This document shows positions 13,685-28,012 of a stretch of DNA of 64,000 nucleotides, piece after piece. Source of the DNA: Geosiphon pyriformis uo1 (lineage: Eukaryota > Fungi > Glomeromycota); assembly GCA_016748015.1 (NCBI GenBank), contig JAAOMT010000523.1, forward strand, positions 124,001 through 188,000, given 5' to 3'. Position 1 is the first letter of the stretch. Each line of letters opens with the position of its first letter. The notes under the pieces are model-generated. The model saw only the letters and a list, made by a program, of their open reading frames with translations, had not been told where the DNA came from and ran no database searches. The position numbers and the translations under genes were made by a program.

Positions 13685-15400
13685 ATGGTTGTTGCTATTG
13701 TTGTTAATTGATAATATAACTTTTAACTTTCTTTGTAAATTGGTCAATTTTTTTTTCAGCTGCTAAGCTGGTTTCTCCAATAGCAAGATTTACAAATTTT
13801 GTTTAGTTTGTTTTTTTTATAGTCATTTCATAATACTTTGCATGTTGTATGACTGTAGCTAAATCTGCTGGAGCATAAGAGCAAACTTTTTTGATTAATT
13901 TATCTTTTAATTCTGCAATAAATTGATCCAAAATTTGAGCATTGGAGTAATAGTTATTGGTTTTCAATTGTCAAATTTGTCTAAAGAGTTTGTTAAATCT
14001 TTTAAGATAAGTTATAACAGTTTTAGATGATTCTTGTTTAATATTGTAAAAGCAATTTTAGAGAGTGATAGAAATGTTGTTGTTAGTAAATTGCTTCAAG
14101 AAAGCATCTTTGAATACTTGCCAGTTTTCAAAAAGATCATCTAAGTTTTCAAACCATTTTTCTGCTGTTTTTTGAAGAAAGAATGGGATTGCTTTTAGCA
14201 TTTTTGCTGCAGTCTATCTATTTACATTTTCTGTTTTTTGGATTTTATCAAGTTATTCTTGTGGGCTGGTGTTAGCATCTTTTGTTGTAAATTTAGTAAT
14301 TTTTACAATGTATGTAGTTGTCATTTTTTCTTTATTTTTGGTAGTTTCTTTTTGTTTTAATTTAGTTTTTTTACTTTTTAAGTTCTTTAAATAATTACTT
14401 TGATTTTTTTCTAAGTAATCAAAAAAATTAGTGCTGGTTAATATTGGTTTCTGCTCTTAAGTAGGATTTTTAAGTGACTAAAAATCTTTTAATCTTGAAA
14501 ACTGGATAAGTGGTAAATTAAGAGTTTGCAATTGAACAAGTGAAATTGAAAATAGTGTAATAAAAAGTGATAATTTAATACTGGTTTCTTGTTCAGGTGT
14601 TTGCAAGTGTTTGACAGTTGTTTTTGGTGTGTTGTAAATTGTATAACTAACCTGAAGTTTTTTCTTCTGTTTTTTGCTGTTTTTTGGTTCTAATTCAAAG
14701 TTAAAAAAGTATTTGGACTGTATTGGGTATTTTTTTTTACAATACTGAATAATATTAAAGTTAAGTTTTTGGAAGTAAGTGTCAAGTGTTTTACTGTTAA
14801 GGTCTTCAGTTCTTAAGTGAGAATAGTACAATAAATTTTTATAGAGGCTGTCTCTAACTTTTAAAATATTGTAATCTCCAAAAAGATAATTGTTGATGCA
14901 GTTCTTAATATATTGGTATAGTGATTTCTTAAAAATTTCAATTTTGTCTTGGATGTTAAATCTTTGTTTGCAGTGAGTTTAAATTAACTGATAATACTCT
15001 AGAGTTGTTGTGTCTGGTGTGATTGTCATTTTGAAGTTGTTATTGCTGTGTTATTTCTGTAAGAGAGCACTAAATATTATTGGAGATTTTTGGTCTCTTT
15101 TTTTGAATTGCTGTTAATGTCTGTTGGTTGTAAATTCACATTTTCTGGAAGTAGTTGAACCTCCAATAACTGAATTTATCTTCAAATTATTTCTTATAAT
15201 TTGAACTGCTGGGCTTATAAGTGGAATGGCCAATTCTATGTCAATTATTTTATGTAGTTACATTGTAGTAAACATTAACTCTTTCCCAGGAATTGCTTGT
15301 CTAAAAGCTTACTAAAAATGTGTAGTTACTTTGCTATAAAAATCAACTTTTTTACAGAAATTTTGTCTGTAGACTACTCTAATGTTTGTAATAAAAAAAG
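13685..15400 (-). mobile_element. Older Gypsy gag fragment of a related subfamily, target of the 7672-13684 insertion
   Basis: Retrotransposon-gag-like AIPFFLQKTAEKWFENL and QFIAELKDKLIKKV; N-terminal domain similar to 55411-55700; 5' limit uncertain. Confidence 0.7.
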
Positions 15401-16009
15401 TAAAAGAAAATAAAAGAAATGTAAAAGTAATAAAATTTTGTTAAAGAAATCGTTTTCTATTTAGGCCTGGCATTATTAACAGATTATTGAAATTAATAGC
15501 TAATCAATTTCAAAATGTTAGTTAAGTTTTTGTGAATTTCAAGAGTAATAATTAAGAAATTTGGTTTTCAAATATTTAATTTTTATTTAATTTTGTAGAG
15601 ATGTAAAAGATGATTTGTTCTAATTAAGATATCTAAAAATAAGATATACTTTCTTGAAAAGAAAATCTCTTCTTTTATACAACTTGTTATAGCATTAGTT
15701 TTTGAACTTGTACTTTTTTTTTGCTATAATTTTGGCAAACTAAAGATACATTTTGGCAAACTACAAGTTATTTTTATAAACTATTAATTATTTCAGCCAA
15801 TTTCTATCCATTTCGACGAATTTTGACTATATTAAATGATTCAAAGTATTGTGTAATTTGATCATTTTAATTTTTATGATACAAATTAGATTATTAATTA
15901 AATAATAATATTTAATAATTTGATTAACTAATAAGTAATAATTAAAATAATAATAATATATACTAATTAATGCTAAGAATTAAAAAAATAATTTCATGTT
16001 AATTAGTAG

Positions 16010-17223
16010 CTAAAATTTTATTAATAACAGTATAGTACTCTGGAGTAATTTATTATAGAAATTGTTAAGTGCTGTTTCTGAATTTCTTTGTTCTTCCAAG
16101 TAAGATTTAATTTTTTTGTTAATGTAAAAGTTAAAAGTTGATTCTGCTGACCAATAGTTATTTGTTAATCTTAAGTGAGTTTGATAATGTTGGAATAAAG
16201 CTTTCATAAATCCTAAGTAATTTGTCTCTATTTTTTCTGATTTTGCTACTGTTTTTAATAATTGTTATTGGTGCTGGTTTTCTGCTAGATTATACCTTAC
16301 AGAAAGCACCAAATATTATAGGTAATTATTTGGAGTGTTGGTATAAATAACAAACTCATAACTTGGTATTCAATAGCTTAATAATATTGGTAATATTTAA
16401 AGATTTTGGTAATCTAAAAGTTTTGGTTGAGTTTTTTGTATAATAAACAAAGATTTAATAATTGTTTCAGTACTCTCTCAGAAGCTTATTTCGTGAATTT
16501 TTTTTTCCAGCATGGTGACTGGTTTAATCTGGCAGTTATGTTCTTTTGATAAGCTATCCTTAAATTTTCATTCTTATTTCTGGGTTTTTTATTAAGCTAT
16601 TCTTAACATCAATAATTTAGCATTTTAATTTCTTTAATCAGTTAGTAAAACAACAAAACAAAACAAAAATAAAATAAAAATAAAATAAAATAAAATAAAA
16701 TAAAATAAAAAATTAGTATTCTATTAATAGCTATGATCAAGAGCTATTAATCCAGTGTGATTAAGTATTAAATTCTATTAACATAAAGTATTAATAGAAT
16801 AGAAGTAATTTTAATATTCTTTAATCAAATAATAATAACATGAATTTAGATAATAATTAATATTTTATTAATATATGATTTAATTCTACTTTAAGTTATA
16901 GAAAACTATTTTTTAAAGAAAGAGGTATGGAATAATTATTGATTTTGTGAATAATAATTTTGACTTGATTCTTTCTTTTCTGTTTTTAATATTCTTACTA
17001 TATATACATAATTAATATTATATAAAAATTTTTATATTTTTTTAATTCTTTTAGCCAAAAATTCTGAAATTCTTGGAATCTTGTAAATTCTTGAGAAAAA
17101 TTCTGAAATTTCTATACTTCTGCAATTTCTTAAAAAGAATCCTGAAATTTTTTTTTATTATGTCTAATTTTAATTAGTTATTTTATCTTTTTATTAAGAA
17201 TTCCTAAATTTTTATAAGTAACA
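16010..17223 (-). mobile_element. Gypsy 5' end: LTR 17223-16314, PBS, gag N-terminus
   Basis: TGTTAC start at 17223; PBS TTTGGTGCTTTCTGTAAGG; LGFMKALFQHY...SAESTFNFYINKKI homologous to the 55411 ORF. Confidence 0.85.
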
Positions 17224-18750
17224 ACATTCAAAACTAGGCTGGAAAATTATTGGCCCAAATATATTCAACTTTTTAGTCAGTTGGTTAACTTGCTCTGCAA
17301 GACTAGTAAAACTGTGCTCAAAAGTAATAAATTTATTATTTATTGTCTTTAATACTAGCAGAAAAGACTTTATTTCTAAGGAAAAGCCAAAACTTAAAAG
17401 ATTATTTTGTATTAAAAAAAAAATAAAGATTTATCAACAACTTTCACTTAAAAAATACTACTAAAAGATATTAAATGAGCTATAAAAACTAATTACTTAG
17501 CATAAATAATGACCAATCTGCTTTTATTTGCTTCAGAAAACATTTTACAAGATAAACTACCAAAAAAAACTTTTTTATTAACAGTACAACTTAATAAAAT
17601 ATGATTTAAGTTCTTATACTTAGCATACTTGACTAAGTTTAAACAAGACTAATACATATTAACACTCTTAAGTACTGGTATAGTTTCTATGATAGTATTT
17701 AATAAAACCTTAATTTAAAACACACTACAGCATATTTGATTTTAATATATGTAATTAAATATCAGTTAATAATACAAGTTTTTTTTACTTACCAATTTAA
17801 TAAAATTTTATATATTATAAGTAATTGTATTTATTAATAATATGAAAAAAAATGCTCTATTATAGTTTTTTGTATTTTATGTTTTTTTGTCTATATTAGT
17901 CTTAACAACTCTTATAGCATTTTTTTTAATTAAAATAGACTATTTTATTATAGTTAAATTAGCATAATTAGATTGCTTAAATTTAACAACAGCTTTTTGC
18001 CACAGTTCTATTAATTGTATTTTAATTAACTTAATACTCTAAATCTAAAAAGCACAGTATACATAGTCTTTACAAAAGTTTTTATAGAAATTTTTTTAAT
18101 TATTATAGCCTAATTTAAATACATTACAAATTTTTTAAGATTAATGTTTACTAAGATATTCTTAGCTTTTACCAAATTTGTTACTTGTGTTATACTAAAT
18201 TCAAAAGTGAATATAGTTTTAATAATATTAGCAAATTTTAAGAGGGTAAATGTTTTTCTAAAATTATTGATTTTTGAAAACAATTTTCTGATCACAGTAA
18301 GTTTTTCTTAAGATAATTTTTTATTAATTTTGTCTAAACCAATATTTAAAGCAAAAGACTTTCTAACAGACATATTAACCAGATTTTTTAGAAAAAAAAA
18401 ATCAAAAAAGATATCTAATAAAACATTATTATCATTATTACTTAAAAAATTAATATTTTTTAAAGATATTTTTAGAGTTTTCTTGGTTTGTAATTATGTG
18501 TTTTTTGGCATTTGATTAGAATTTTTTACATTAAAAGTATTTTTTTTGCTATAATTTACATTAATCTCTTTTACCAAAAACTCTTTTTTTATGTTAATAT
18601 TATTAAACTCAATAATATTATTAGTTTTAGAGTCTCAAAAGTGACTAATTAATTTTTTGGTAAACACTTTTTTATTAACAATATTATCTTTTAAAACATT
18701 ATCTTTTTTTTTAATAGAATAAATTTGTTATTAATATCAAAGCCAAAACT
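17224..18750 (-). mobile_element. Heavily eroded LINE ORF1 remnant
   Basis: IRKLFSKINNFRKTFTLLKFANII aligns to IRKIFSSVNGFGRTTTLSKFEGII of the LINE ORF1 near 51300; same strand as the LINE ORF2 at 2211-6813. Confidence 0.75.
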
Positions 18751-19779
18751 CTTAATAAATTTTTTTATAATAGCAATATTATTATATTTTTTTTTGTAAT
18801 TAGTTGGTTTTTATATTTAAATAATAGTAATATATTTAATTTTTTAAATTATTTATATTAAAGCTTTTAAATATATTAATAATATTTGATTTAAAATATA
18901 AATAATAATATTAAATTGAATTGTACAAATTAAAAAATAATTGGTTTATATATATATTTAACAAAAATTTTACATAAAAAATTATTTTAATAATTAATTA
19001 AAAAAAAAAATTTAAATTATATATTCTTATATATATTTAATTTTAGTTAAAAAATTGTTTATTCTTAATTAATATGTATATAAATAGATGTTTTATTAGA
19101 TATTTTTGTGGTTTTTTTTAAGTTTTATAGTTATTATATTATTTTAAAAATTATAATAATATTTACACAATAATAACCAAAAATATGATGTTTAAAACTT
19201 AATTAATCAAGTTTTCGGAAATTTTTTCATATTTAATCTAATTTTTAAATTTTGTTTGTAATTTAGCATTTAGTTATTAAAACTAAATTTGAATTTTTAA
19301 TGTTAAATTAAGATTTAAGTACAAAAAAATGAAATTAATTAGCAATAATATATTTGTAATTATTAATATAAATAAATATTTTTGTGTTTATAATTAAAAA
19401 AATGGATAATAAAAAGTATTTTATGTTATTTGGAATTAAATGAACTTTTGCTTATTGATCTTATTTAATATAGTGAGCAAAAAAAATTAATTATAAAAAT
19501 ATAATGTAGTTTAAATCAACTTGGGTGGTTGGTAATTGGGCCACATTTGTTATTGCAGAAAAAAAAAAGTTAAGCTTATTATAATGAACAATATGAAATT
19601 TTTTGCTTTAGTAAACAACAAACACTGTAATTAATAATATATAACTAAACATATAAAAATTGTATTTATCCTAAATTGTATTATCAAAAGAAAATCATAA
19701 ATATATTAAGCTGATAGTTATTTTCGCATTTTCGTAATCCAACTTGTGAGAATAAACCTGACCCCTGCAATTTTGAACA

Positions 19780-21654
19780 ATGACAGCAAAGCAATTGGTC
19801 ATTTGCCTATTAAGAAACGACTTACGCGTACATGATAACCCTGTGTTTTATCATGCATGTCGCGTTTTTGGAGTCACTCACATATTGCCAGTTTATTGCT
19901 TTGATCCTCGTCAAGTAGATCTGGCAAGGCTTACAGATGACATTATTACCACTCATCAATCTCCCACGACCCATTATTTTGGCTTTGAACGTTGCGGAAA
20001 ATGGAAAGAAAAGTGAGAAGGTTTTAAAGTTTTTGATTATTATATACATTAAAATAACTTCAAATATTAAAATTGTATTTTCAAGATTCCTACTGGAAAG
20101 TGTTCTTGATGTAAAGAAACAACTTCAAAAGCGCAGTAGTGATTTGTTGATTAGATATGGGAAACCAGAAGAATTGATTCCTTCTTTGGTGGAAAAGCTT
20201 TCTAAAGAATATCGTGTATTGGGAGTTTATTTGCAAAAAGAGGTAATTCTCATATTTTACTTTCGCTGCTTAAAATTATTCATTTATCTGTTAGTAATTC
20301 ATCTCAACGCTTAGGTAACAGACGAAGAAACACATGTTGAGAAATCACTTGCTCAACGCCTCAGGATACCACTTAAATTGTTTACTGGAGCAACCTTATT
20401 TCATCGAGATGATTTACCATTTGATCTCAAACATTTACCAGATGTTTTTACACAATTCCGAAAACGTGTTGAAGCTTTGGGGGAAAGAATGGTCAGACCA
20501 TTATTGGACCTACCAACAAAATTCCCTGACTTTCCGGATCTCTCTAAATTGTTCGAAAATAAGTTTCAAGAAGAGATCGAAGAGATTTCCATTAATTTCG
20601 AAAATCTTATTTCAGCAAAATTTCATTCAAAATCTGTAATACCTTTCTTGGGTGGTGAATCATCTGCTCTCTTACGTCTCAATCATTATCTCACGCCATT
20701 AACTTCTCCCAAAGGATCAGCCCCTATTTCTACTTATAAGAAAACGCGTAACAATCTTCTCGGAACAGATTATTCTACTAAATTCTCACCCTTTCTTGCG
20801 TTCGGTTGTTTATCACCAAGATTAATTCATCACAAAATTGCTGAATATGAAAGATACCATCAAGGCGAAACTGAATCTACCTATTGGGTCAGGTTTGAAT
20901 TGCTATGGCGAGATTATTTTAGATTTATCGCGGAAAAATATGGAAATTCTTTGTTTTTTCGGAATGGATTTGTTGGCCTACAGCAAAATAATATGAATTC
21001 TAAACAAGATACATGGATTAAAGATATGAATTTATTTAAAAAATGGCGAGATGGCGTGACGGGAATTCCATGGGTGGATGCAAATATGCGAGAGCTCAAA
21101 GAAACTGGGTAGGGATCATATTGGAAAAAATTTTAAATTTCTCGTTCTAAACTTTTATCTTTTAGATTCATGAGCAATCGAGGTCGTCAGAATGTAGGAA
21201 GTTTTCTCAGTAAAGATTTGCACGTTGATTGGAGAATGGGTGCTGAATGGTTCGAGTCTGTGTTAGTAGACCATGATGTTTGTTCAAATTATGGTAACTG
21301 GCAATATGGTAAGTTTTCTCAATTAACATTATTTATTCATAAAAAAATGGGAATTGAAGATTTTCTTTATTCTTAAAAATAGTTGCTGGCGTGGGCAATG
21401 ATCCTCGCGATGACCGGCATTTTAACATGTTGAAGCAAGCCAAGGATTATGATCCATTTGGTGATTATATACGCGTTTGGTGTCCAGAGCTTTTACGCGT
21501 TCCTGCTGATAAAATACATGCGCCATGGTCCTTAAATCGTCAGGAACAAGAACAATATAATTGTGTGATAGGAATTGATTATCCTGAGCCTATAATAATG
21601 TTAAAGTTATGGGAAAGACATTGGAAGGAGCGAGCAGACAGAAAAAGAAGATAA
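19780..21654 (+). CDS. Cryptochrome DASH (photolyase/cryptochrome family), 5 exons
   Basis: [77 protein letters not shown] (DASH signature). Confidence 0.95.
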
Positions 21655-22328
21655 TAACAATAAGTGGTTATCTCGAATGTGTAAATCTTTTTTGACTCTT
21701 TTAAATAGACTATTTAATTGTGAAATGAAAATTTGGTGGACACATTTTTAATATGGGTAGTAATTTTCAAAATTATCAAATGGGCAAAAATTGTCTGGTA
21801 AGAGTCATGGTTTTTCCGTTAATATTCTTAAGGGTGACAATTAATTGTACCTTTCAAATACAAGATACATAATTGAAAAGGGAGAAAGGAGGATATTGTA
21901 AGATTTTGGCTAACTGCTGTCCGTTTATAACTCACTCGAGATTATTTGGTTTTCCCTATTCGGATTTTATATTTGCTTAATTATGAATATGCCTTAATAA
22001 AACATGATAACTCAAGTAATTAACTATCTTTTGAGTGAGTCATTTGGTCTTCTCAAAAAAGTTACTGACACAAAAACCTCTAATTAGCTACCCGACTACT
22101 AAAAAACGTAAGACGAAAAGTTTATCATCATCCACATTCATTCCCCTTCCTGTTTTTGGTTGAGATATTTTGATGACTGTACAGAGTGAGAATGAGAATG
22201 ATGTACATGAATGATGGCTGGTATGAGATTTGACGCTTGAATACTGGATGGATGGTGAATAATTGTAATATTTACTCATGAATGTAAACCATTAATCAAA
22301 GGCTCCAAGGATCTATGATTTTATTAAT

Positions 22329-25300
22329 TTAACGTTGACTACTATATTGTTTGAATTGGGCCATTAGGTCGGAAACATTGGGAGGGGCCGTGATAGGTGA
22401 TCCGAATTGAGCGAGATTTGCAGAGAGAGTCTGCTGGGATAATAGGCCATTGGGTGTTAAGGCATTTGGGGGTAAACCATTGTTTGGTTGACCAACAAGT
22501 GACCCATTAAAGGGAATCGGTCCAGGTGCTCCCATATTAGGATTCATATGTGGTGGTAATGGTATAAAAGGCGGTTGATTATTTAAACCTGGGTTTTGAG
22601 GAGCAAGTTGTCTCAGTAATTGTTGTACATCAATATTGGGTGGTGGTGGTTGTGGAGGTAACATTCCGGATGGTTGTGCGATAGCATTAATTGAATTCAT
22701 TGGTATTGATTGTAATACTGGAGCACCAGGTTGTTGCTGTTGTAGATTTCCTAAAAGATTAGCAAGCGCTGCAAAATTTACATTGCTTAATAAGGGAGGC
22801 CCAACGTTGCCAGAATTCGTTGGTTGCCCAGTTGATAATGGGGGTTGCTGAGGTGGTGGAGGTGGCAAATTAGATGGCTGACCAAGAATTATATTGTCTG
22901 GTCCTCTCATATCAATAGGCCTTTGAGAAGCACGGGCTCGCAAAAGTAAACCAACAGCTTCATCGATCCTAATATTTTCATACTCTGTTCCAAATATCAT
23001 ATCGTTGAAAATTAAATCAAAATTTTCAACATTAAAAAAATTAAGCTGAACCTGAAATGATGATTACTAACCATCATATTTAACATTTGTATCTCGATTT
23101 CTTAAAGATTGATCAAATACTTGCATGTTAACCCTTCCATTTATTACTAAAGGTCTTTCCAGAAAAACTACAGCAAGCACACCTTCCACAATCATTTGTC
23201 GTACAACAGAATTAATGTGAAGCTTTTTTCGGGATAAATGTATACTGTGCACAGATATTGAAGCCTCGCTAAAAGCACGCTCCACTTCCCATAAAAGATT
23301 CCTAAATTTGAAGAATTTGTTCAAGTGTTGGAAAAATGGCTAATGATTAATGGCTTGGAATTACTAACCTTTCAATTTCTTCTAAGACAATTATTTGACA
23401 TTCTGGAACTTCATTTCCCTGACGTCGTGGTAAAGGGAATTCGTCATCTTGTTCGTCATGAGATTGAGAACGATAGGAAAGATAATCACGACTTAATCTT
23501 CTTTCATGAAATTCGCGGGATGGAATTCTATAGGGTTTTGAACGTTCGGCATATCGTTCTTCTCGATGATCTTCACGATATGAATGACGACGATATGGTC
23601 CCCTTTCGCCACGGGTTGGGCGATAGTCATAATCATCCTTATAATTGCCCCGATATTCTGGGGGCGGCAATCTATAATCTCGATTATCAGGTGGATATTC
23701 AAATCCACGGGGAGAATCATAAGATGCACGACGATCAAATTTATGATCACTTGGTCGACGTTCATATTCCTCGTAACGACGTTCCGGTGAGTATGGTGGA
23801 CCATGATGGCCTCGGGGAGGAGAAGGTCCGCGTTCATGTGTATACCAGTCATCTTTGTGCCCTCTACTCCAACTTCTTTCATGTCGATGAGGATAAGAAC
23901 CTTTTGGACTTTCATCACGGGCTGAGGGATGATGCCAAGGTTTACCATGAGAAACTTCCAATCCTAAATTGAAGGTTCTATATATTAATAATAGATTAAG
24001 AATCTGGGAAAACTCCAGAAATCCATACGTGCCTAATTTTAGCCCGTGTAAAACTCTTCCATTTTCTCGTTCAATTGCGTTCAAAACACTTTCTGGGTTG
24101 TCATATTGTACGAAGCCAAAGCTATTTTTAATGGATATTTGTAAAATTTCACCAAAAGGGGTAAATATATCAAAAAGCTCTTGTTTGGAAGTCGAGTGTG
24201 TAGATAAATTTCCAAGAAATAACCGGGATCCTGAAGGCAATGCTTGAAATTCAGCATCTGATATCCTACGCAAACTATAAGCATCTCTACGATCATTTCT
24301 TTCATTATCACCATGAGAGCTAGAGGAACGACGACTACGCCATCTACGAGATTCTCTATCATTGTTATCTCCATCATCTACTGAACCTCTTTTGGGATAA
24401 TTAGAGGATTCATTTTGGGGGATTTTTGATTCCTGGGCATTTGCTTCAGAATCAAGCAGCATGGGATCACTAATTGACTTATTAGTTGGGACATCAAATA
24501 AATCAGCTGCTTTTCTACGTTGGGATATCAGAGATACAGCATGATCTGATTGCGCTGTTTGGTCAGAAGCTTCAGAATCTCTTTTTGATTCAAATTTCTC
24601 GCCTGCTCCAGGCTTCAATTTAGGGGAAGATGGTAATTCATCAATTGATTCTGATGTTTCGTATTTTTGAGCTTGTATGGGTGCATCAATTGAAGTAGAA
24701 CAGGTGAGCTCAACTTCAGGTTTTTGATTATCGGGCGTTTGAACACACATTTCTAGTCGATTAATAATTGGGTCAATTTCAAAAGGATTTGCATTCGGGG
24801 GGGTTTCAACTAAACCTTTTCCAACTATTCCAATTTTTGCTTCATCTTTCATTTCTAAAATTTGAGATTCATTAGAATCTTCTTGATTAGTAATAATAGG
24901 TGGATTCCCTTCTTCGTGCTTGATGTAGTTGACATTATCTTCTTTTTCATTGGGAAACGAATGATCTCTTTCTTGTGATAAACCATGGTCTCTTTCATTG
25001 GATAAAGAATAAATTTGATCTTGCAAAAATGCATTATCTCGTCTTTGTTGGGAAAAAACTATTTCTTTTTCTCGATCAATTTGTTCAAACTCAATCGCTT
25101 TGTTTTGATGGGACAACATGAGAGATTGATTTTGGGGGTTTTTTTGATAAAACGTTTCTTGACTCGGAGAGGAATAATTTATTATTTCTTCTCTTTCTTC
25201 TGAGAGAGAAAAGTCGGTGACCTCATACATGGGGGAAAACCTTTTCTCGGTATGTGGAATATCTGCCAATATATTCAATATTTCGCTAGAATTCGAAGAC

Positions 25301-25371
25301 TGATGAAGAAATTCACGAGGATCCTCGGAAGTCGAAGGTTCGAAGCTACCTAAAGGTGGGGAATGGTTCAT
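22329..25371 (-). CDS. Nab3/NCOA5-like RNA-binding protein (acidic N-terminus, RRM, R/D/S-rich region, alpha/beta domain, P/Q-rich tail)
   Basis: RRM SRLFLGNL...SFGFVQY; PECQIIVL...VRQMIVEGVLAVVFL domain; introns near 24032-23964, 23368-23302 and just below 23070. Confidence 0.8.
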
Positions 25372-26056
25372 AGTTCAAATAATCATAAAGTGATATATGA
25401 ATCTTTGTGGCAAATAAATTCTTTAAAATTCTCATACATTAGCAGTTTTTAATCTGATCGAGATTGGTCTTTCACTGAAAATCTTATCTGATCAGAGTTG
25501 TAAAATTTCGCATTTGAAATAATGCAGGATAAAATATTTGATATAAAAAATCTTTATATTTTCTAAAAAATATAATATTTTGAAAATAGTAAAAATAATA
25601 GAAATAATTACACTAAATATGTATAATAATCCAATTTAGTAAAAAATAATTGTTTCTAATCAATTTTTATACTTGATTGCAAATAAAAATAATATTACAA
25701 TAGGTTGAAAATTTAAAATTAATTTGCAACCAATATGAATGCTAACATTACTTACAAATATTTTAAATGAGTTAAATTGTTTGTTCTGATTATTGAAAAA
25801 AAAACTTTATTCACCACATAAAATAATTGAATAATTAATTTAAAAACAGTTAATCTTTTATAGTATTTCTTAAAATTTAAACTCTATTGTTAATGTTACA
25901 TTAAAGGTTTATCGAATCATCTGACATTTTTAAAGGATGATCATTTATGTTGAACGAGAATCTAGTGATTGGGCTTCGTGCTCAAATTATGCAAAGGCAA
26001 CCTAAGTTGGCTATTCAAAAAAAGTTCGCGTCTTTGCTTCTCTCGTCATTAACGCC

Positions 26057-27671
26057 ATGTCACTTTCAAATGAATTTCCTTCCTATATTCAAGCTTATGC
26101 TGATCAAGTTGTTGCAAGTAAACTAAGTAACGGGTTGTCCTTTGGTCTAGGTTTCTTTTTTGGTCAAGTTACTGTCATATTATTGGTTCTAGTGTTCATA
26201 AAATTCATGTTATTAGAAGACGCGAAACCCTTCCTTCAAAAGGTTAGTGTCATTATCCGTTTCATTTTTCACGTGATTGATATATAAAAAATATAGAATA
26301 AAATAGATTAAATTTTTTAGCGTCCTCTCCCTACATCAACACCATTGAACACGAAAACAGTTAGCAACACAGGTCCTGCTTCTGATATATTATCGAAAAC
26401 ACTCTATGACCCTATCAATCACTCTCCCGAGTCAGCTGATTGGCTTAATGTACTCTTAGCACAAGCAATTCTTCAGTATCGGGATGATGCTCAAGCCAAC
26501 AATCGATTGGTCTGCATATTAGATGAATCTTTAAACAGTGGAATTAGGCCTGATTTTGTGGTGAGTCACAAATCTAAACTCAAATGACACTATATTTAGT
26601 AATAGGGTATCTTGAACGTTTAGGAAGTGCAATGAGGTTATATAAAATATTACTTGTTATTAAATATTCTTTTGTCAAAATGGTTCGCCATTAGGGCCCA
26701 ATTCAGGTAACTAGACTGAGTCTTGGAGAAGAATATCCCGTATTCAGCAATGCTAGGATCAAGCAAACCAACACACTAGGAAGCTTGGTGAGTCTCCCAA
26801 CTTTTTTAAATGTATTTAATTAATGTTAATCATCTAAGTTCACGTCTATTTTTTTAATCTAAGCGTGTTGAAATCGATTGTGAATACAATGATCAAATAA
26901 CACTTGGATTTGACACGCAAATTCTCATCAACTGGCCGCGGCCTAGAATTGCGGTATTACCAATTTCGTTGGTATTATCAGTCATCAAATTTTCAGCCAC
27001 AGTAAGTTATTTTACTAGAATATCAGTATTATTTGTGATTCTCAAATTTATTTTTATATTCTTCATAGATAGCGCTGGAAATAGTAAACCACACTCAATC
27101 ATCATATATAGCTTTATCTGCCTTGCCTGGATTTACTCTTGAGTTTGATGTGCAGTCGCTCATTGGTTCTCGGTCAAAGCTCGAAGGAGTTCCTAAAGTG
27201 ACACACCTCATCACCTCAAAATTACGGAATCTTTTTATTGAAAGATTTGTATTTCCAAATTACAAGAAGCTTGTAATTCCTGATTTGCTGGGAAGTAAGC
27301 TTGCAGCTTTTCAACCAGAGATCCAAGAAGTAACAGGAAAATCGTCTTCCTCAACTTCGACTACACAGTCCTCAGATAATTTAAAATTAAAGGAAGGAGA
27401 AAGGGACAATTGTACTGAAAAGGAAAAACACACATTGGACAGTGTTGGGATTGGGCAAAATGAAAGACATTCCACCGCCTCAGCTACTCCTTTGAATACA
27501 AGAAGTTCAAGGGATGGGTTGCGTGCTCGAAGTAGCCTAGGGAGTGATTACTTGTCAAGTCATGATAGTGTATTCTATCCGAGTGAAACATCATTTACAC
27601 CATCAAAAGGATCAAAGTTGGGATCTGCTGCTTTCGGTTCAACCGGGAAAAATGGTCATTATACCACATGA
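26057..27671 (+). CDS. MMM1: ERMES ER-membrane SMP-domain subunit Mmm1
   Basis: N-terminal TM SFGLGFFFGQVTVILLVLVFIKF, HSPESADWLNVLLAQ, LSLGEEYP, NWPRPRIAVLPISL, VQSLIGSRSKLEGVPK. Confidence 0.93.
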
Positions 27672-28012
27672 TTCTCATTCAATTCACGGTTGGCGGTAAT
27701 CCAGGATTACCATTGATCATATGGCATAAACAATAATTTTGTATTTTAGTTTTTGCTTTATATTGGATTTCTTCAAATTGTACAAAAGGTTTCCTTTAAA
27801 AACAATTTTCCAGAGAAGAGAGCGAATACTCGAAATCTGTGCACCCTTTGGGCTGCGCTTTTAAAATAGAACTCTCAATTTATTCAGATTTGAAAGACGA
27901 GAAACTCTGAATATAACTATTGAGAACCCATAGATTGAAATTCCTTGGTGTGTTCAAATGACTATGAATGATGATCAAATTTATAATTTAATGCTATATA
28001 CCGAGGCTGTCC

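Noticed and set aside
16666-16710. (AAAAT)n run, also near 13050-13085
   Set aside because: Slippage expansion at the equivalent position inside LTRs; not an independent element.
6810-17227. ACAC and ACAT flanks as the TSD of one 10-kb element
   Set aside because: The two LTRs are in opposite orientation and the flanking LINE positions are not contiguous.
23325-23972. 215-aa His/Asp-rich plus-strand ORF and other overlapping ORFs
   Set aside because: Antisense or shifted-frame shadows of the low-complexity Arg/Asp region of the RRM gene.
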